A stretch of 63,003 bases of DNA, counting the filler, from Circinaria calcarea (taxonomy: Eukaryota), in NCBI GenBank assembly GCA_051942165.1. It is 29 parts of 29 records of this genome, joined end to end, with 100 filler letters (N's around TTAATTAATTAA, not from the genome) between each part and the next. Parts side by side here need not be neighbours in the genome. Positions count along the whole stretch, not along the records: positions 34,952 to 37,024 come from JAVECS010003911.1; positions 37,125 to 39,196 come from JAVECS010003912.1; positions 39,297 to 41,367 come from JAVECS010003913.1; positions 41,468 to 43,537 come from JAVECS010003914.1; positions 43,638 to 45,704 come from JAVECS010003915.1; positions 45,805 to 47,871 come from JAVECS010003916.1; positions 47,972 to 50,037 come from JAVECS010003917.1; 22 more parts are not named here. The stretch is one strand, 5' to 3'. Shown here piece by piece: positions 35,048 through 48,497 of the stretch. The translations under genes were made by a program, and so were the position numbers. Position 1 is the stretch's first letter. Each line of letters begins with the position of its first letter. The notes beneath the pieces are model-generated. The model had not been told where the DNA came from and did no database searches. It worked only from the letters and a program-made list of their open reading frames with translations.

Positions 35048-37124
35048 AACCCCAACTCAAGATCGATCCTAAAGCTTCACAGCCCAGAACCAACCCGCCC
35101 CACCTAAAATATGAATGTAGTAACTCTTTCCACCACCTGAGCTCCATTTCCCCTCTTCCTCCTCCGGCACCAAAGTTCCGGTTAAAAATGCCAACAAAAA
35201 CTCTTGTGCAAGGGTTCCATTTCCCTAAGGAAAGGGGCCATCCTTTTATTTGGAGGGGGGGGAATAAAATAGACCAAACCAGACAAGACCTGCTAGTAAG
35301 CCCTCATTTCATGCTTCTGATGCTAATGGCTAATGGCTAATGGCTAATGGCTACTGGCTACTGGCAAAAAAACCGGCCGAATTTTCCAAAGCTGCGGTTC
35401 CTGCGGATGCTGGTCTCGATTAGTTTCTCTGTTTCATTATATATATTATTTATCAATCTCGGTTTTATTAATGTATAAGAGGCCTGATCGAATGATGATA
35501 TGTTTTATCTGATGTTTTTGGTTCAAAGTCGGTGTGATTTGTTGGGAAAATCACACCAGGTCAAATAGATAGATAGCAGTATGTATGTGTGTAAATGTAG
35601 AGTGGGAATACTTGGGCGTGTATTGCTGCATATGCTGCAGTGCTTTATGTGTGTGTGTGTGTGTGTGTATAGTATACAAAGGAGAAAACTCTACGACACC
35701 CGCTCCGCTACTACTATGGTATGGTAGTGCCAGTAGTGCAATGCCGAACCCTCCTCTATACCGTTGCCCGAACTCGGGACCCCCATATGGTAGTATACCT
35801 GATGCAAGAGCCTCCCACAGAAAAGAAAAGTGCATTACAGGGAGGGGCGCTACTGTCTTCCAAGGGGTGGGCTCCATGGTATGACCGGAATATATGTCTG
35901 ATAAAAGGCGAATGCTATACTAGGTAACAGGATGCGTGTCGAGGGTAGAGAGTCAACAGACAAGAAGTTGTGTGAACCGTGTGGAACGTGTTTCCCGGGC
36001 ATAGCGAAGGCTCGACGTAATGGAATTCTATATCAACAGGAAAGCAAGGGTGGCTTGGGGCCTTTGGTATCTAACATAGAGTTGTATTTCCTAAGGGCTG
36101 AAGAAGGCCCTATCCATCTACTTGCTCTTATCAAGGCGGAGAGACATGTTTTGCTCTCTCGTATTGGAGTTTGTAGAATCGCATCTCGGAGCATCAACAA
36201 CTAGATGTACTCGTAACCCATGTTGCAAAGGATGTTAGAACACGCTACTCCACAGGGCGTAGAGTATCATCATATCATCCACAGCCAAACTTCTACACCA
36301 AAGCACGTGAGCACCTACAGTGCCTCGATAGTGACCCGAACTGTCAAGGCACTACTATACCACGGGGTAGGGTCTCGGCGCTCAGGCGGGCAAAGCGGCA
36401 GGGTAATCACCAGTCAACCAAAAACTGGGAGGTTTCGCTGATTTCTGTCAGAAATCTATTATGTACGGAAGCCCGGCACCGATACCCTAAGCTTGATATC
36501 GCAAGGTCCAGGTGGCAGATGTGGCAGATATGCCATCTTCACGTGGAATCCACTCTTCCATATTGGCCAGAAGAGGTCCCATTAGCATAGCGTAGCTCCA
36601 CTGTTATTAACAGCCGAGCCATGTTATGCCAGGCAGGGTTCCTTTCGCGAGCAGGGTATGGATTGGCTGGAGTACAATTATTCCGCGCCTACGTAGCATT
36701 CTCCGAGCATAACAAAAATCCACCGAAACCTCCCAAATAGCTCTCCATTCTTGAAGCTACATACGTGCCACCACCAAAACCCTCCCGTTTATTGTTCCTG
36801 GTTACATGGATTAAACTATGATGCGAACAAGGATACAATCGCGTCTGCATGATATTCTATAGCTTACTCATGAAAGCCAAGAAACCGACTAGTAATTGAG
36901 ATGGACTAACCATGTTTGCACTTACATGAAAGCAGCATGGCGCAGGGGCGGGAGAACGAACGCTGCTATGCACACCCCGAGGAGGCTATCATCTCGCCCA
37001 TTTGAAGCGTCAGCAGCTAGCAGTNNNNNNNNNNNNNNNNNNNNNNNNNNNNNNNNNNNNNNNNNNNNTTAATTAATTAANNNNNNNNNNNNNNNNNNNN
37101 NNNNNNNNNNNNNNNNNNNNNNNN

Positions 37125-38094
37125 CCTCAGCTGCTGCAGCGATACCGCGCTTTCTCTTACCACAGCTCACATGGAAGACTGGAGTCTCCAAGTCCCTAGT
37201 GCCCCTTCTGTACCCCTCACAATCAGCATCAGGGCAAAAGAGGAGCAACGCCCAGCATCGAACCATATCAACGCAGACCACGGCATGGCGCCCTCACCGA
37301 GCTACTATTCATCCACCAAGATCAATTGAGAACCAAAGGCAAACAGATCCAACACGTCACCGTGGGTCTGTCCAATCTTCCATATTACCTACTCGACGGT
37401 CCTTCCACACAACCCCTCCGCTCTTCCGTGACCACCACTTCGACACTTTAAAGTTCGTCCAACGCCTAAAAGAAGAAGGCTTCTCCGAAGTACAAGCCTC
37501 CGCCATGATGCGCGTTCTTTCCGACGTGATTGAAGAATCCATCCAGAATCTCACCCGGACAATGGTCCTCCGCGAAGGTATATCTTTCCCTTCATCAACT
37601 ACCATTCCCACTAATAAACCCCCCTCTAATACCCTTACACCAGATGCCGAACGCTCCACCTACACGCAAAAAGTCGACTTCACCAAACTCCGCTCCGAGC
37701 TCCTCTCCTCCGACTCCACCGAAACCCTCCTCACGCGCGCCTCCCACGAGCGCCTTACCAACGACCTCGCCAAGCTGAACTCCCGCCTGCGCGACGAAAT
37801 CAGCCGCACCCAGGCGAGCGTGCGGCTGGATTTGAATTTGGAAAAGGGCAGGATCAGGGAGGAGGCCAATGTGCAGGAGCTGAAGATCAAGGAGACAGAG
37901 ACGCGGATCGAGCAGGAGGTGGCCGGGTTGAGGGAGAGGGTGGAAGGGGTCAAGTTTAGCACGTTGCAGTGGTTGATGTGAGTTTCCGCCCCCGAAGCAT
38001 GGTTTACTGATGGTGTGTACTGATGGAGGACCTCAGGGGTGTGTGCACGGGAACAGCCGCCCTTATACTCGGTGCCTGGCGGTTGTTGATGTGA
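37125..38094 (+). CDS. Mitochondrial DUF1640/CCDC90 (Fmp32/MCUR1-like) protein, 5' truncated
   Basis: HHFDTLKFVQRLKEEGFSE.QA, YTQKVDFTKLRSEL, RLDLNLEKGRIREE, KFSTLQWLM, then GVCTGTAALILGAWRLLM*. Two introns. Confidence 0.9.
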
Positions 38095-38326
38095 ATAAGA
38101 TCCCATGAATTCTCAAGGATCAAGTGGTATAGGCAAAGCTGGCCGAAATTGTTCCTTTTCTATGATACCACATGCTAGCTACCCTCGGGGGCTTTTCAAT
38201 GCAATGCAGTACCTTCTATTTTGCTTTTCCGTCAAGATCATGATGCCAACGACAAATACCACCAGCCATCAACAAGCAAACCCCACCCGCTCACATCTAG
38301 CCCCTCTCCCCAATCTCCCCCCTCCC

Positions 38327-39142
38327 TCACAACTCAAACAACTCCTTCACTATCCGCATCGTATCCTCGGGACTCTTCACCACATGCCCCACCGTCCGCC
38401 CGTCCTCGAAGATCTCGTAGTCATTGCCGCCCTTGCCCGTCTTATCGCCGAAGAAGTGAATGGTCGTGTACTCGACCCCGCTGCGCTCCTTTTCCGCCTC
38501 GACGTGGCGCAGGCAGAACGTCTTGTTCCAGCCGGCGGGGAAGACGTCAAAGGAGATTTGGCCGCCGATGCTGTAGGTGAGGCCGTAGTCGGCGAAGCGG
38601 GCCTGCAGGGCGGCGATGAAGTCGCGCCGGACGTGGTGGGTCAGGTCGTAGGCTTCGTAGGCGTTGCGCTCGAGGACGGTGGCGTTGCGGCCGATCGGGG
38701 AAATGTTGACCATGCCGTTCCTGTTCAATTTTTCGGTCCCCAAATTTTAGCTCCCAATGCTTTCGTCGGGTGCTCTTCTCTATTTCCCCCCCTTCCCCCC
38801 CCCCTTCCAAAAAAGAAAAGGACACACATACCTAAACTCCACAAACGTGCCCCGCTTGACCGGCAGGTCCAAATCGGCAATGTACCGCAGCACGAAATTG
38901 ACCAGCGCCTTGTACCGGTCCTCGCCCAGCCATTCGATGAAGCTGCTGCTGCCGAGTGGCTGGCCGAGCCGGTACGCCGTCAGGCCGTTCTCGGCGAAGC
39001 AGAAGTCGAAGAGGGCGGTGACGGGCAGGGAGGGGGTGCCGAGCTGCTCTTGCTGCTTGACGAGGTTGGAGCCGCCGACGAAGCCGACGGCGCATTTGTG
39101 CCGGAGGGCCGACAGGAGCTGGAGCATTTGGGGGGAGACGAC
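38327..39142 (-). CDS. SEC53: Phosphomannomutase, 5' truncated
   Basis: [55 protein letters not shown] and [14 protein letters not shown]. Confidence 0.95.
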
Positions 39143-39296
39143 CTGGTGGCGGGCCCCGAGGGAAGAGCGGGGGGTATTAGTAAGATGGGCCTTTTTNNNN
39201 NNNNNNNNNNNNNNNNNNNNNNNNNNNNNNNNNNNNNNNNTTAATTAATTAANNNNNNNNNNNNNNNNNNNNNNNNNNNNNNNNNNNNNNNNNNNN

Positions 39297-40017
39297 GAGA
39301 AGATCCGATCCCCCGGAGAATATGATCCTGCAGTCCCTCACCAATTAGCCCGAGCTGTCCAACAAGCTGCCATGACTGAGCCCGAACGCAGCTCTGTTAG
39401 GTCAAAATATCAGAACTTGGCGAAGTCTCTAACCCTAGCAGCATTGGACACCCCCCGCAGTAGTAATCACAGGTGGACTCGCAATCCGCCAGGCTTAGAT
39501 ACCATGACATATGAGTGTGATTCAAAGTTAGGAGTTCCCCGACCTATTGACTGCATACAAATAGCCTATTCTCAGCTTGGCTTCCCATCCGACACAATAT
39601 CGATACGACCCGGTATTGATAAGCTTCTCTCTTTAAGTAAGTGAAATAAGCCCATGGCACCGGCTGTCTTCTTCCCGGCCATTTATGTTACTGAACCATA
39701 ATGGTAGATTCCTGCAACGTGGTCATCGCCGCCAGCACAGCTATTATTCTTACCTGGGAACAGGTCAAAGCTGCTCTAGAGACTCTCATTGATGTATGCG
39801 TTGAAAATCCATCGAGACCATCAATTGGGGGCGTAGCCCGATATGAATCGCATCCGCCTACCACTCGTGGTAACAGGAAAAACAGGAAGCGAGCCGACAA
39901 GGTTACAGGTATGCTCATGTTCAACATATTACTTGAGTATCTGCTAATTCCGAGGGCAATATAGGACTGAACGCCCTCCCCAAACATGTCAACATTACCC
40001 TTTCTCAGCATGTCTAG
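39297..40017 (+). CDS. C-terminal part of an uncharacterised Cys-containing (probably secreted) protein, 3 exons
   Basis: MTYECDSKLGVPRPIDC...|SCNVVI...LTWEQVKAALETLIDVCV...GGVA..|GLNALPKHVNITL..*, with canonical GT-AG introns. Confidence 0.65.
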
Positions 40018-40503
40018 CCCCTTTTTTCGAATGGCTCCCAAGCGTGAACCTTTCTTCATAGAGATCATCACTTGCTTCGCACCCTATTCATCTTTACATA
40101 ACCCTAAGCAGGCCCCTCCCAATGTAATTATAAATGATATAAGAGCAAATTGCTTAAGAAGTAACGGTCAATTCAATATCGAATCAAGCCCAACATCGAG
40201 TTACAAGCCCTCCGCTTCTTTGAAGCAGTCATTGAAAGTGGCAGTAAGTCAAACGGACAAATCAGCAGGTGATCTCTAAGCCGGCAAGGGACTAATCTAG
40301 TCAATCAACTGAAATCCTTTCAACATTCTGATTGCAAGTTCAGGGGTTTTATTTTTTTTAAAAAAGGCCTACTGAAAGAACATTGAAGATGCTATTACTC
40401 CAAAGACACTAACCGTAATCCCAAATCTCCCTTAAAATAATCGACTATATTTGTTCCACTTCTCCTATTTCTGCTGTCCTTGCACGTTTAATTCCGATCC
40501 CCC

Positions 40504-40877
40504 TGTTACGTCCCTAAGCTTCTTAGGCAAAGGCAATGCTAGTCACTGATATAAGGCAGGGGCTCTGTAATATGCGCACGGGTTCTATACCAATCACTGG
40601 CAAGTAAATAGTGACAATAGAAGTATATTGCTACACTTGTAAGGTCTTGACCACACAGGTCAAATACTACGGAAAGGACTGTGGTTATATAGATCCCTTG
40701 GGACAGGGGTAGCACTCCCGCTCCCACTGCTCCCATACGTTACACAGGGATCTCTGGGAGCATGCCAAGTCCTACGCTCCCCATGCTCCCATCCGTTACA
40801 CAAGGATCCTCGGGAGCATAACTCAACATACGCCTTCCCCGGGTTCCTCAGGTCACGCCCTCTCTAGTGTCTTAACA
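40504..40877. mobile_element. Solo LTR, family D (374 bp)
   Basis: TGTTA...TAACA termini, CCCCC on both flanks (40499-40503 and 40878-40882), and an internal ~56-bp tandem duplication. Confidence 0.8.
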
Positions 40878-41467
40878 CCCCCTACCTTTTCGATTTTATC
40901 AACCCCTCCAGGTCTTTCCATCTCCTTTGTCCTTGGAAAAGAAAATCTTATCTATTCTGTTATTCGTCACGTTCCTCCTACGGAGCAAAGCAGAACCCGC
41001 TTTGAAACCCCCTCTTATCCGTGTCCACTCCCTTTCTTTACTCTCCGTAAACCCCACTTTTGGCTTGCCCCTTTTTTCACTTGATGATCTTCTGCCTCTG
41101 CTCCTGTACCATCACCGGTTATCATGAAAAGAAAAAAAAAAGAAAAAAAAACCTTCTGACCCCCCTTTTTTCCGATCCGGTTTCCGTACGGAGTAAACAG
41201 GTTACCTTCGAAATCGCCTCTTAGCCCGTACTCTCTGTACCAAAAGCCCTCCCCCCTTCCCCCATATTGTACCATAGCCTTCTTGGAAATCAAGAAAAGT
41301 AGACTAACAGAATTCATGGAAAAAAAGTAAAACCACCCCCAACTGCAGTCTCCGGCCTCCCTTCAACNNNNNNNNNNNNNNNNNNNNNNNNNNNNNNNNN
41401 NNNNNNNNNNNTTAATTAATTAANNNNNNNNNNNNNNNNNNNNNNNNNNNNNNNNNNNNNNNNNNNN

Positions 41468-42782
41468 CATTTTCCATATGTCCTTTTAATCGACGATGAC
41501 TGCCTCCTTCCAGCGAATTTCCCAATAACCACAGACCGTCTAAAAGGCAACATCAAATGCTTGGGCTATACCATCAAAAGCGTCGGTCCAAACAAATCAC
41601 GAGGTACCCTATGCCAGCAAGCCCAAGACATTGAATATAAGATCTCCGGCCTCCAGCGCGCATTCGCTGGAAAGATTGGCAGTGCTACATTCCCCCACGG
41701 CGCAATCGTGCTTTGGGATCGCGAGTTCTTGCTTAAAACCTTTTACGCGCATCCAGGTTTCTCTGTTTCGGAGGACTGGTTCTTCGGCCATATCGCGCGC
41801 AAGCTAGGCAGCCGCATCATCATGACCACGAGTATCTTCGTCGAAACAGAAACGCCTAATGCGATTTTCAAGGGATCGGGCTCTCGTGGTGGTTTTGGCG
41901 AGATGACAGTGTGGAAGCAGCGATTCAAGCGCTGGAACTTCTTCTTCGTCAATGGCATGTGGTACAATATGGACTATATCCTATTCTCGTGGAAGCTGGG
42001 TTGGCTAGAGTTTGGAACGAAGCTATTCGTCTGGCAAGAGGTTTACGAAACGTTACTATATCTCCTTACGCCATTCGTGCTGCCTATCAGTCTTATAGTG
42101 CGGCCATCATTCTGTGCGTATTTATTTGCGGCAACTTTTGCCATCTATTTTATTAACGTCGTTATCTTCAACGAGGTATGTAGATCTGTTTCTTATCGTC
42201 TCTTACCCGTCTCACTGCTACAGCCTGCATCCGGTTCCCAAGTTAGATTCCCGTTACCCCCAAGGTGGCCCGATCCCTCGCAGCAAAGGCAGATTACTAA
42301 CCACAAATTATCTTACCTAGATCCACCTCCGCGCCTGCAAACAAAGAGTTGCCTGGCTCGCAGTCTTATATTACATGCCCTACAAGCTTATCCTTACCGC
42401 CATCAACGTCGCCAGCTGCTACTGGTCCATCTACAAGTACGCCAGCTACTTCGCCAAGCGTCATCCTAAGGTCATTGAAGATGAGAAAGCCGTAGAGATC
42501 GTCCTACGTATTGAAGAAATGGAACAAGACGCCACGGCTCGGACGGGCCAACGGGCGAAATTGAGTTTCGATGCTGCTATGCCAGGAGAAAGTGGCGGGT
42601 TTGGGAATGTGCAAGGAGGTTCGAGAAGAAGATTAACCGTCACGGCGGTGGGAACGAGGTTAAAAGCTGGAGAGCAGACTACTGAAGCGGAGGAAGCGGC
42701 GGAAGCGGAGGCGGAAAATCAGGCAGTACGGATGGTTTTAGAAGCTGGGAATATCGAGATGCGGGATTTCGCGCAGGGATGA
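41468..42782 (+). CDS. Glycosyltransferase family 2 membrane protein, 5' truncated
   Basis: VLLIDDDC, QAQDIEYKISG, FPHGAIVLW, SEDWFFG and QRFKRW (D,D,D,QxxRW-like), followed by TM helices. One intron near 42176-42321. Confidence 0.85.
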
Positions 42783-43233
42783 GGGTCTTGGGATAGATCC
42801 GAAGAGTCCGGTAATGAAGAGCGAATAGCAATGAAAAGTTAAGGATGCGAGGAATGTGAGTGGAAAGGAATCGGCATTTGAGGAGCTTGGTGACTGCTTG
42901 GCTGAAGTTCATTCTTGTCGTATTTAAGATATCCCTAGTGCATAGCGTTTTGCGAGTGTGTAGTACTAGAGATTTAGTGTCTCTGTTTTCTAAAATAATG
43001 CCATTCAATGTCATCTATCCATGTTTAACATACCTCCAAAGGGAATAAAATGTACGAAAGCGAAATCTGGATGAAGATTAATGGGGCCATTAGGGTTTCC
43101 TATTCTGATTCTAATGTAGTAAAGTCAGGGCCGGAAACGGAACAGGACGGCCGAGGATCGGAGCAAGACGGCCCATAAAACCTCACAAACTTTCGCTCAC
43201 GAGGATGATGTGACCAACTGATAAGACAGCAAC

Positions 43234-43537
43234 ATGGCAGAGACTCAATTCGATCATGCCCTGAGGCTGATTGATGAAGCTCACGCTGAAGATCCGAAGA
43301 AGATTACGATCAACGGCATAGAAAAGCCGTACGAGCTTCACTATGCGCAGAAAATGAGCCACTACCTGGAACAGCGATACCCAGCGGCCCCAGACGCGCT
43401 CCGCTTAGCAATCCGCGCCCAGCATTTCCGAAGGTGGGAGATCCCTCGGGACTCGTATCCAATGACCAAGCCAGGTTATCACGCATGGCGGACCTACCTC
43501 AAGAAACGGCAAGCGGAAATGGCGTCTCAGATCTGCC
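43234..43537 (+). CDS. DUF4202 family protein, N-terminus
   Basis: IDEAHAEDP...PYELHYAQKM...LRLAIRAQHFRRWEIPR..YPMTKPGYHAWR. Confidence 0.85.
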
Positions 43538-43637
43538 NNNNNNNNNNNNNNNNNNNNNNNNNNNNNNNNNNNNNNNNNNNNTTAATTAATTAANNNNNNN
43601 NNNNNNNNNNNNNNNNNNNNNNNNNNNNNNNNNNNNN

Positions 43638-44716
43638 CTGCAGTGATAAGCAAGAAGCCATCACTATCTGTAAAGGACTCGAGGCGTGATGAGAAAATGC
43701 GACGTATAGCCTGGTGAATTGTTGTTCGTAGCTCACGATCTGTGATCTTGCCTGAATTGATTGTGCCGTAGTCTTTGATCTTACGGTGGGGACTGTTGAC
43801 AACCCGGTTGAAAAGAGCAAGAATGGATTTAACCACTTCGGCATCGAAGAAGGAGTTCAGGAGACTTGCGTTTTCGGACGTGAGCTAGATCCGTCAACTA
43901 GGGTGTGAGCTAAGAAATGGGGGTTGGGTACCTGGAATCCTTGAGGTTTGTTTGCATAGGACTGCCAATTTGCGAGGGCATCCGCGGGAGGCATTTTAGA
44001 AGGTTCAGAAGCTCCGTTCGCTGGAGCGTCTATGACATCCTTATGCGTAGGTCTTAACCCAGTGTTCACTGGTTGAGGCGCAGGTTCAGGTTCCCGAGCA
44101 ACCTCAGATTGTGTAGTGGCTTCAGAATGCGAGACAGGTTCGGATTGTAGAACATGGTCGGGTTGTGGAATAGGTTCGGAGCATGGAGCTGGTTCGGACT
44201 GTGTAGCCGATTCAGGTTGCGATGCATGCTCGGATTGAGGAGCAGCCTCAGCTCCCGAAATCGCTTCAGGTTGATAATCTTGTGATGTAGGCGTGGGTTT
44301 CTCTACATGTACTGGAGATGTCGTTTCAGTCTGTGTGCTTTGCCCCGTCTTGTTTCCATATTTTGGTGCTTTGAGATTATCGAGATGTACTACCTGACCA
44401 GATGGAAGTATTTCATTGACCAGAAAATCGGTATACCTAGGTGAAACGTTAGTATAGGTCCAGGAACATCGCTCCCTAGATCCTACCTCTTTTTGAGGAT
44501 ACCAGTAAAGCCTAGTAAATCCGGAGTGACAAATTCGGTGATTCCGACCTCTGCTTCTTTGCTGAGCTGTGACTCGTGATGCTCTTGCTGCAACGGGAGT
44601 GCGTCAATGGTAGTATCGAGGCCCATGGTACTGTTTGAGATGTGGCCTTGCTCCATCTTGAGTTTCTTACGCGGTGAAGATGGAAGGTCCTGGTCGTCCA
44701 TGACTTCACTTGACAT
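43638..44716 (-). CDS. PUS7: Pseudouridine synthase Pus7 (TruD family), 5' part
   Basis: EAEVGITEFV...GFTGILKKR|YTDFLVNEILPSGQVVHL...RTTIHQAIRRIFSSRLES. Confidence 0.92.
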
Positions 44717-45804
44717 TAGCGAGGAGAGGGTTTTGAAGTTATTGGGGACTGTGAATAAGATCATATAAATATACACGGTTGGCCAATTTTCGCGTAAAAT
44801 TCCCTTTGATAACATTCACCACTTACCCGGCTGTGATCAATATGGTATGGTAAGTCACCCTAAAGTCCACAAAATGCAGCTGCTACGCTGAATGATCAGG
44901 TAACAATAACAAGCCGCCGTCCAAGCTTATGAAAGAAAGCCATGCAAAAACCACTCTTTGGTGCCAATGCAAATTTAAAAGAGCTATCTTGTTGTCAAAA
45001 TATGGTGTTGCGGTCTGTATAGTCATAGTCAGTGACCTGGTTTCCTTCCCCCTGATCCAGCGGACAGAAGACGGTGCTTACGCCTTTAAGAAATCTTTAC
45101 TTCTATGTGACGTTCTGTCTGCACAGTTTCTCCCCTAGCTATGTGGGCTGTTGTTCAACTAGCACACTCTCAAAATCCACTCACTATAAACTCCCGGTTG
45201 TATAATCCTCAATCTACACTCTCCCTTCAAGATTTTGGGTGCATGATCAGAGTTGTCAGCTCTCGCAATTCCTATGTCAATTTCGTTCGTCGACCCTCTC
45301 ATGAGCACCGAGCCCTGAATGTATTAACGTTGTCAAGTCGGCCGAGGGAAGCAACTTAGAATACAGATATAGTCAGGAATCACACAAATGATATATATTC
45401 TGTATACAAAGAATATCAATCACTACTACGGGATCCCAAACTGAATGGGGCAGGCAGGTAGGACCCGACATACAAGGTATACTCAAACCGTTCCTAGTAG
45501 TCTATTTCAACAGTGTAAGTACCACATCAACCTCCCAATCCCAAAGCCCTCATCTGCCCTTCCCTCTCCCACCAAGCTCCATCACGACCTTTAAGTGATG
45601 ACTACGCCACCATCCCTCCCTCTTCAGCTTACACCCAATCACGTCCTCTCAACCTCACACCGCTCACGATTACCCCACCCTCAGGGCTATGCCCACAATG
45701 TCACNNNNNNNNNNNNNNNNNNNNNNNNNNNNNNNNNNNNNNNNNNNNTTAATTAATTAANNNNNNNNNNNNNNNNNNNNNNNNNNNNNNNNNNNNNNNN
45801 NNNN

Positions 45805-47609
45805 TGGTGCAAGCAATGGAAACGTAGGGATCATCAGGACTACCGTTGCAGAGATGGTTCCCTATAAGAATTTGCAGCCCAAGGCTTTCAGTATCATGCC
45901 TTTGGTCTGGACAATTGGCAGTATTTTCGGACCCTCGTTTGGCGGTGCCCTGGCGAATCCTGCGGCGAGGCATCCAAAATATTTTGGCAGCATTCGATTC
46001 TTCAAGACATATCCTTTTGCATTACCCAACATGGTTGCTTGCGTTTTCTTCTTAGTCGGCTTATCCACAGGAATCTTGTTCTTAAGGGTAGGGAGCCACT
46101 GACGCTAGCATGAAGAATGTCAGGGCTAAAGAACAAACAGGAAACCTTGGAGACGAGAAAATATAGACGGGATTATGGTCGTATCCTGGGCAAGCTTCTT
46201 ACAAGACCTTTCAAGAGCCGAAAGCCAACCACTAAGTGGAAGCATGATAGTGAACAGAGCGCCTCACTGCTAAAACATCGCCGCATGTCTTCCATAACAA
46301 GTGGCAATGACCAATATGATTCGGAGGGAAGCAGAGCGAAAAACGTCTCCTCCGTAGCGCCACCAAGCTACCGCGAAGTATTCCAGCCACAATCGAATAT
46401 AAATCTTCTCGCCTATTCCCTATTAGCCCTCCATAGTGTTGCCTACGACCAACTCTTGCCGGTGTTCTTGCACTTGACTCCACAGCCAAACCGATCAACT
46501 AATCCTGCCGTCCATTTCCCATTTAAATTTGCCGGTGGATTCGGCATCGATGTGAGTCATTTTATACACCTTTGAGCATAGAGTCTTAGTATTGACAGTG
46601 GCTCCCACTTCTTGCAAAGCCATGTCAAGCAATCATACTAACCAGATCTCTCGGCTCAGTCTGAACGTATTGGCCTACTCTTTACAATGTGTAAGTCCAA
46701 CCTTTCTACACTCTGTGTTTCTCATGTTTTCATTTAAGCTAAATCCGTACAGATGGCATTGTTGGCATGTTTATACAGTTCCTCATCTTCCCGCCATTGG
46801 CAAGGAAGTTTGGTGTCCTTCCATGCTTGAAGGCCGTCTCTCTTCTCTTTCCGGTCGCTTACATTTTCACTCCATTCACCGTTCTTTTACCTACATCTTC
46901 GACACGGCAAATCGCCGTCTTTATGGTCATGCTTTTGAAATGCTGGGCCGGTATCTTTGCGTTTCCCTGTACGACCATTCTCCTTACCAACAGCGCAGGA
47001 AGTTTAAGACTTTTGGGTACCCTGAACGGTGTTGCGACATCTCTTTCGGCAATAGGAAGGGCAGCTGGACCGAGTATCGGCGGTTTATCGTTTACAGTAG
47101 GGGTGAATATCGGGTACATCATCCTCCCATGGTGGACACTGGCCGCCTTTGCATCGCTTGGCGCTATACCGGTATGGTGGTTGGTAGAAATGGATGGATT
47201 TGGCGGACAGGGCGAATCCTCCGAATCCGAGATTGAAAATGACGAAGTAGTATTAGTAGAAGAAGAAGGAGGAGCAGGACCTAACCTCCCCATCCGATCC
47301 CTCACCCCTACCATCACCAACGACACCATTGTCGAAGAACCCGGAGAAAGCGAAGACGACGACTTTGCCCTCATCGACTCGCCCCTCTTGTCCGCGCGAC
47401 TAAGTAAAACCGTCAGTCGCAGCAGCGGCCTCAATCCTGGATCTGCGTCAGCGGCCGGGTCGAGGCGAAATTCAATTTCGATGCAGAGGAGAATGAGTAG
47501 TCCGATCGGGATGAGGGAGCCGGTGGGGCCGGGGGGTGCGAGGAGGTTGAGTAATGGGTTGGGACAGAGTATGGATGGGTTGGGGACGGGCGGGACGAGT
47601 TTTAATTAA
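45805..47609 (+). CDS. MFS transporter (YCR023C/ZIF1-like), 5' truncated
   Basis: NGNVGIIRTTVAEMV, QPKAFSIMPLVW.IGSIFGP..GG.LA, YPFALP and LGTLNGVATSLSAIGRAAGP. Several introns. Confidence 0.9.
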
Positions 47610-48497
47610 GGGATTGAAGGGTTGAGGAACAGACGGACAGGGGGACTGCGGTGAAAGTGGAACTTGAGGAAGTTGATGATCGTACATGGGATTATGAGGC
47701 ATGAGCTCGTGTGCTTGATTTTTGTTGATAATGAGTCGAGAGCGTCAGAATACCCTGTGGTAGATTCTTCGGGATCTCCTATTAGAGAGGGGTATAGTTT
47801 TATCTTTTTTTATTTTAAAATTGAAAAATTTTACCGCTCGAAAATCATATGACGGAGATATATCTAGCTTCNNNNNNNNNNNNNNNNNNNNNNNNNNNNN
47901 NNNNNNNNNNNNNNNTTAATTAATTAANNNNNNNNNNNNNNNNNNNNNNNNNNNNNNNNNNNNNNNNNNNNCAACATAGGTTAATCTCAGTGCCAGATAC
48001 TTTCCAGTGTGACATCTTGTTGCATATGGAAATGGTGGCTTCAAGCAGCTACTCCGTCCAACGGGAATGGTTGCTTCAAGCAATTACTCCATCCGATGAA
48101 GTGGCAGCTTCACTCAGGACCTCTCGTTTGTAATATCGGTTTCTTTCCATCAAGCCTATCGCGCGTTACAAGACAGGTCCTAATTCGTTAGTTCCTAAGT
48201 CAAAGCAGCCTTCCATCCGAGTTCTACTCAGTGCATTGTGCTACCAGTTCTTTCATGAATACATGAAGATAAAGGTAGCTACCAATTTCTTTATAGCCTT
48301 GATTGATGATACAAGGAATCCTTTGTTCCCTTTGAGCCTTCAAGAAGAGTGTAATGAGACAAGGTAATTCATGTATAAAACAATCGCTGAATGATCGCTC
48401 ATACTCGAAGCAAGCCTTTCGAAAAATAATCTCCAAGTCACCTACTGAAACCTATTAATCTAACTGACTACACTACATTTATCTGCGGGTATCAGAG

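Noticed and set aside
34896..35147. ORF with a poly-RE tract, and the poly-K/E ORFs at 26193-26466
   Set aside because: Translations of microsatellites that run into spacers.
35540..35930. Possible LTR (TGTTGGGA... with a motif loosely like family B)
   Set aside because: No matching terminal repeat and TSD pair could be fixed, and the similarity is too short.
38105..39248. Long plus-strand ORFs (379 aa and 163 aa)
   Set aside because: Antisense shadows of the GC3-rich SEC53 gene. The same applies to shadow ORFs over BBC1, RPT5, HOT, RAD21, RUS1 and the kinase.
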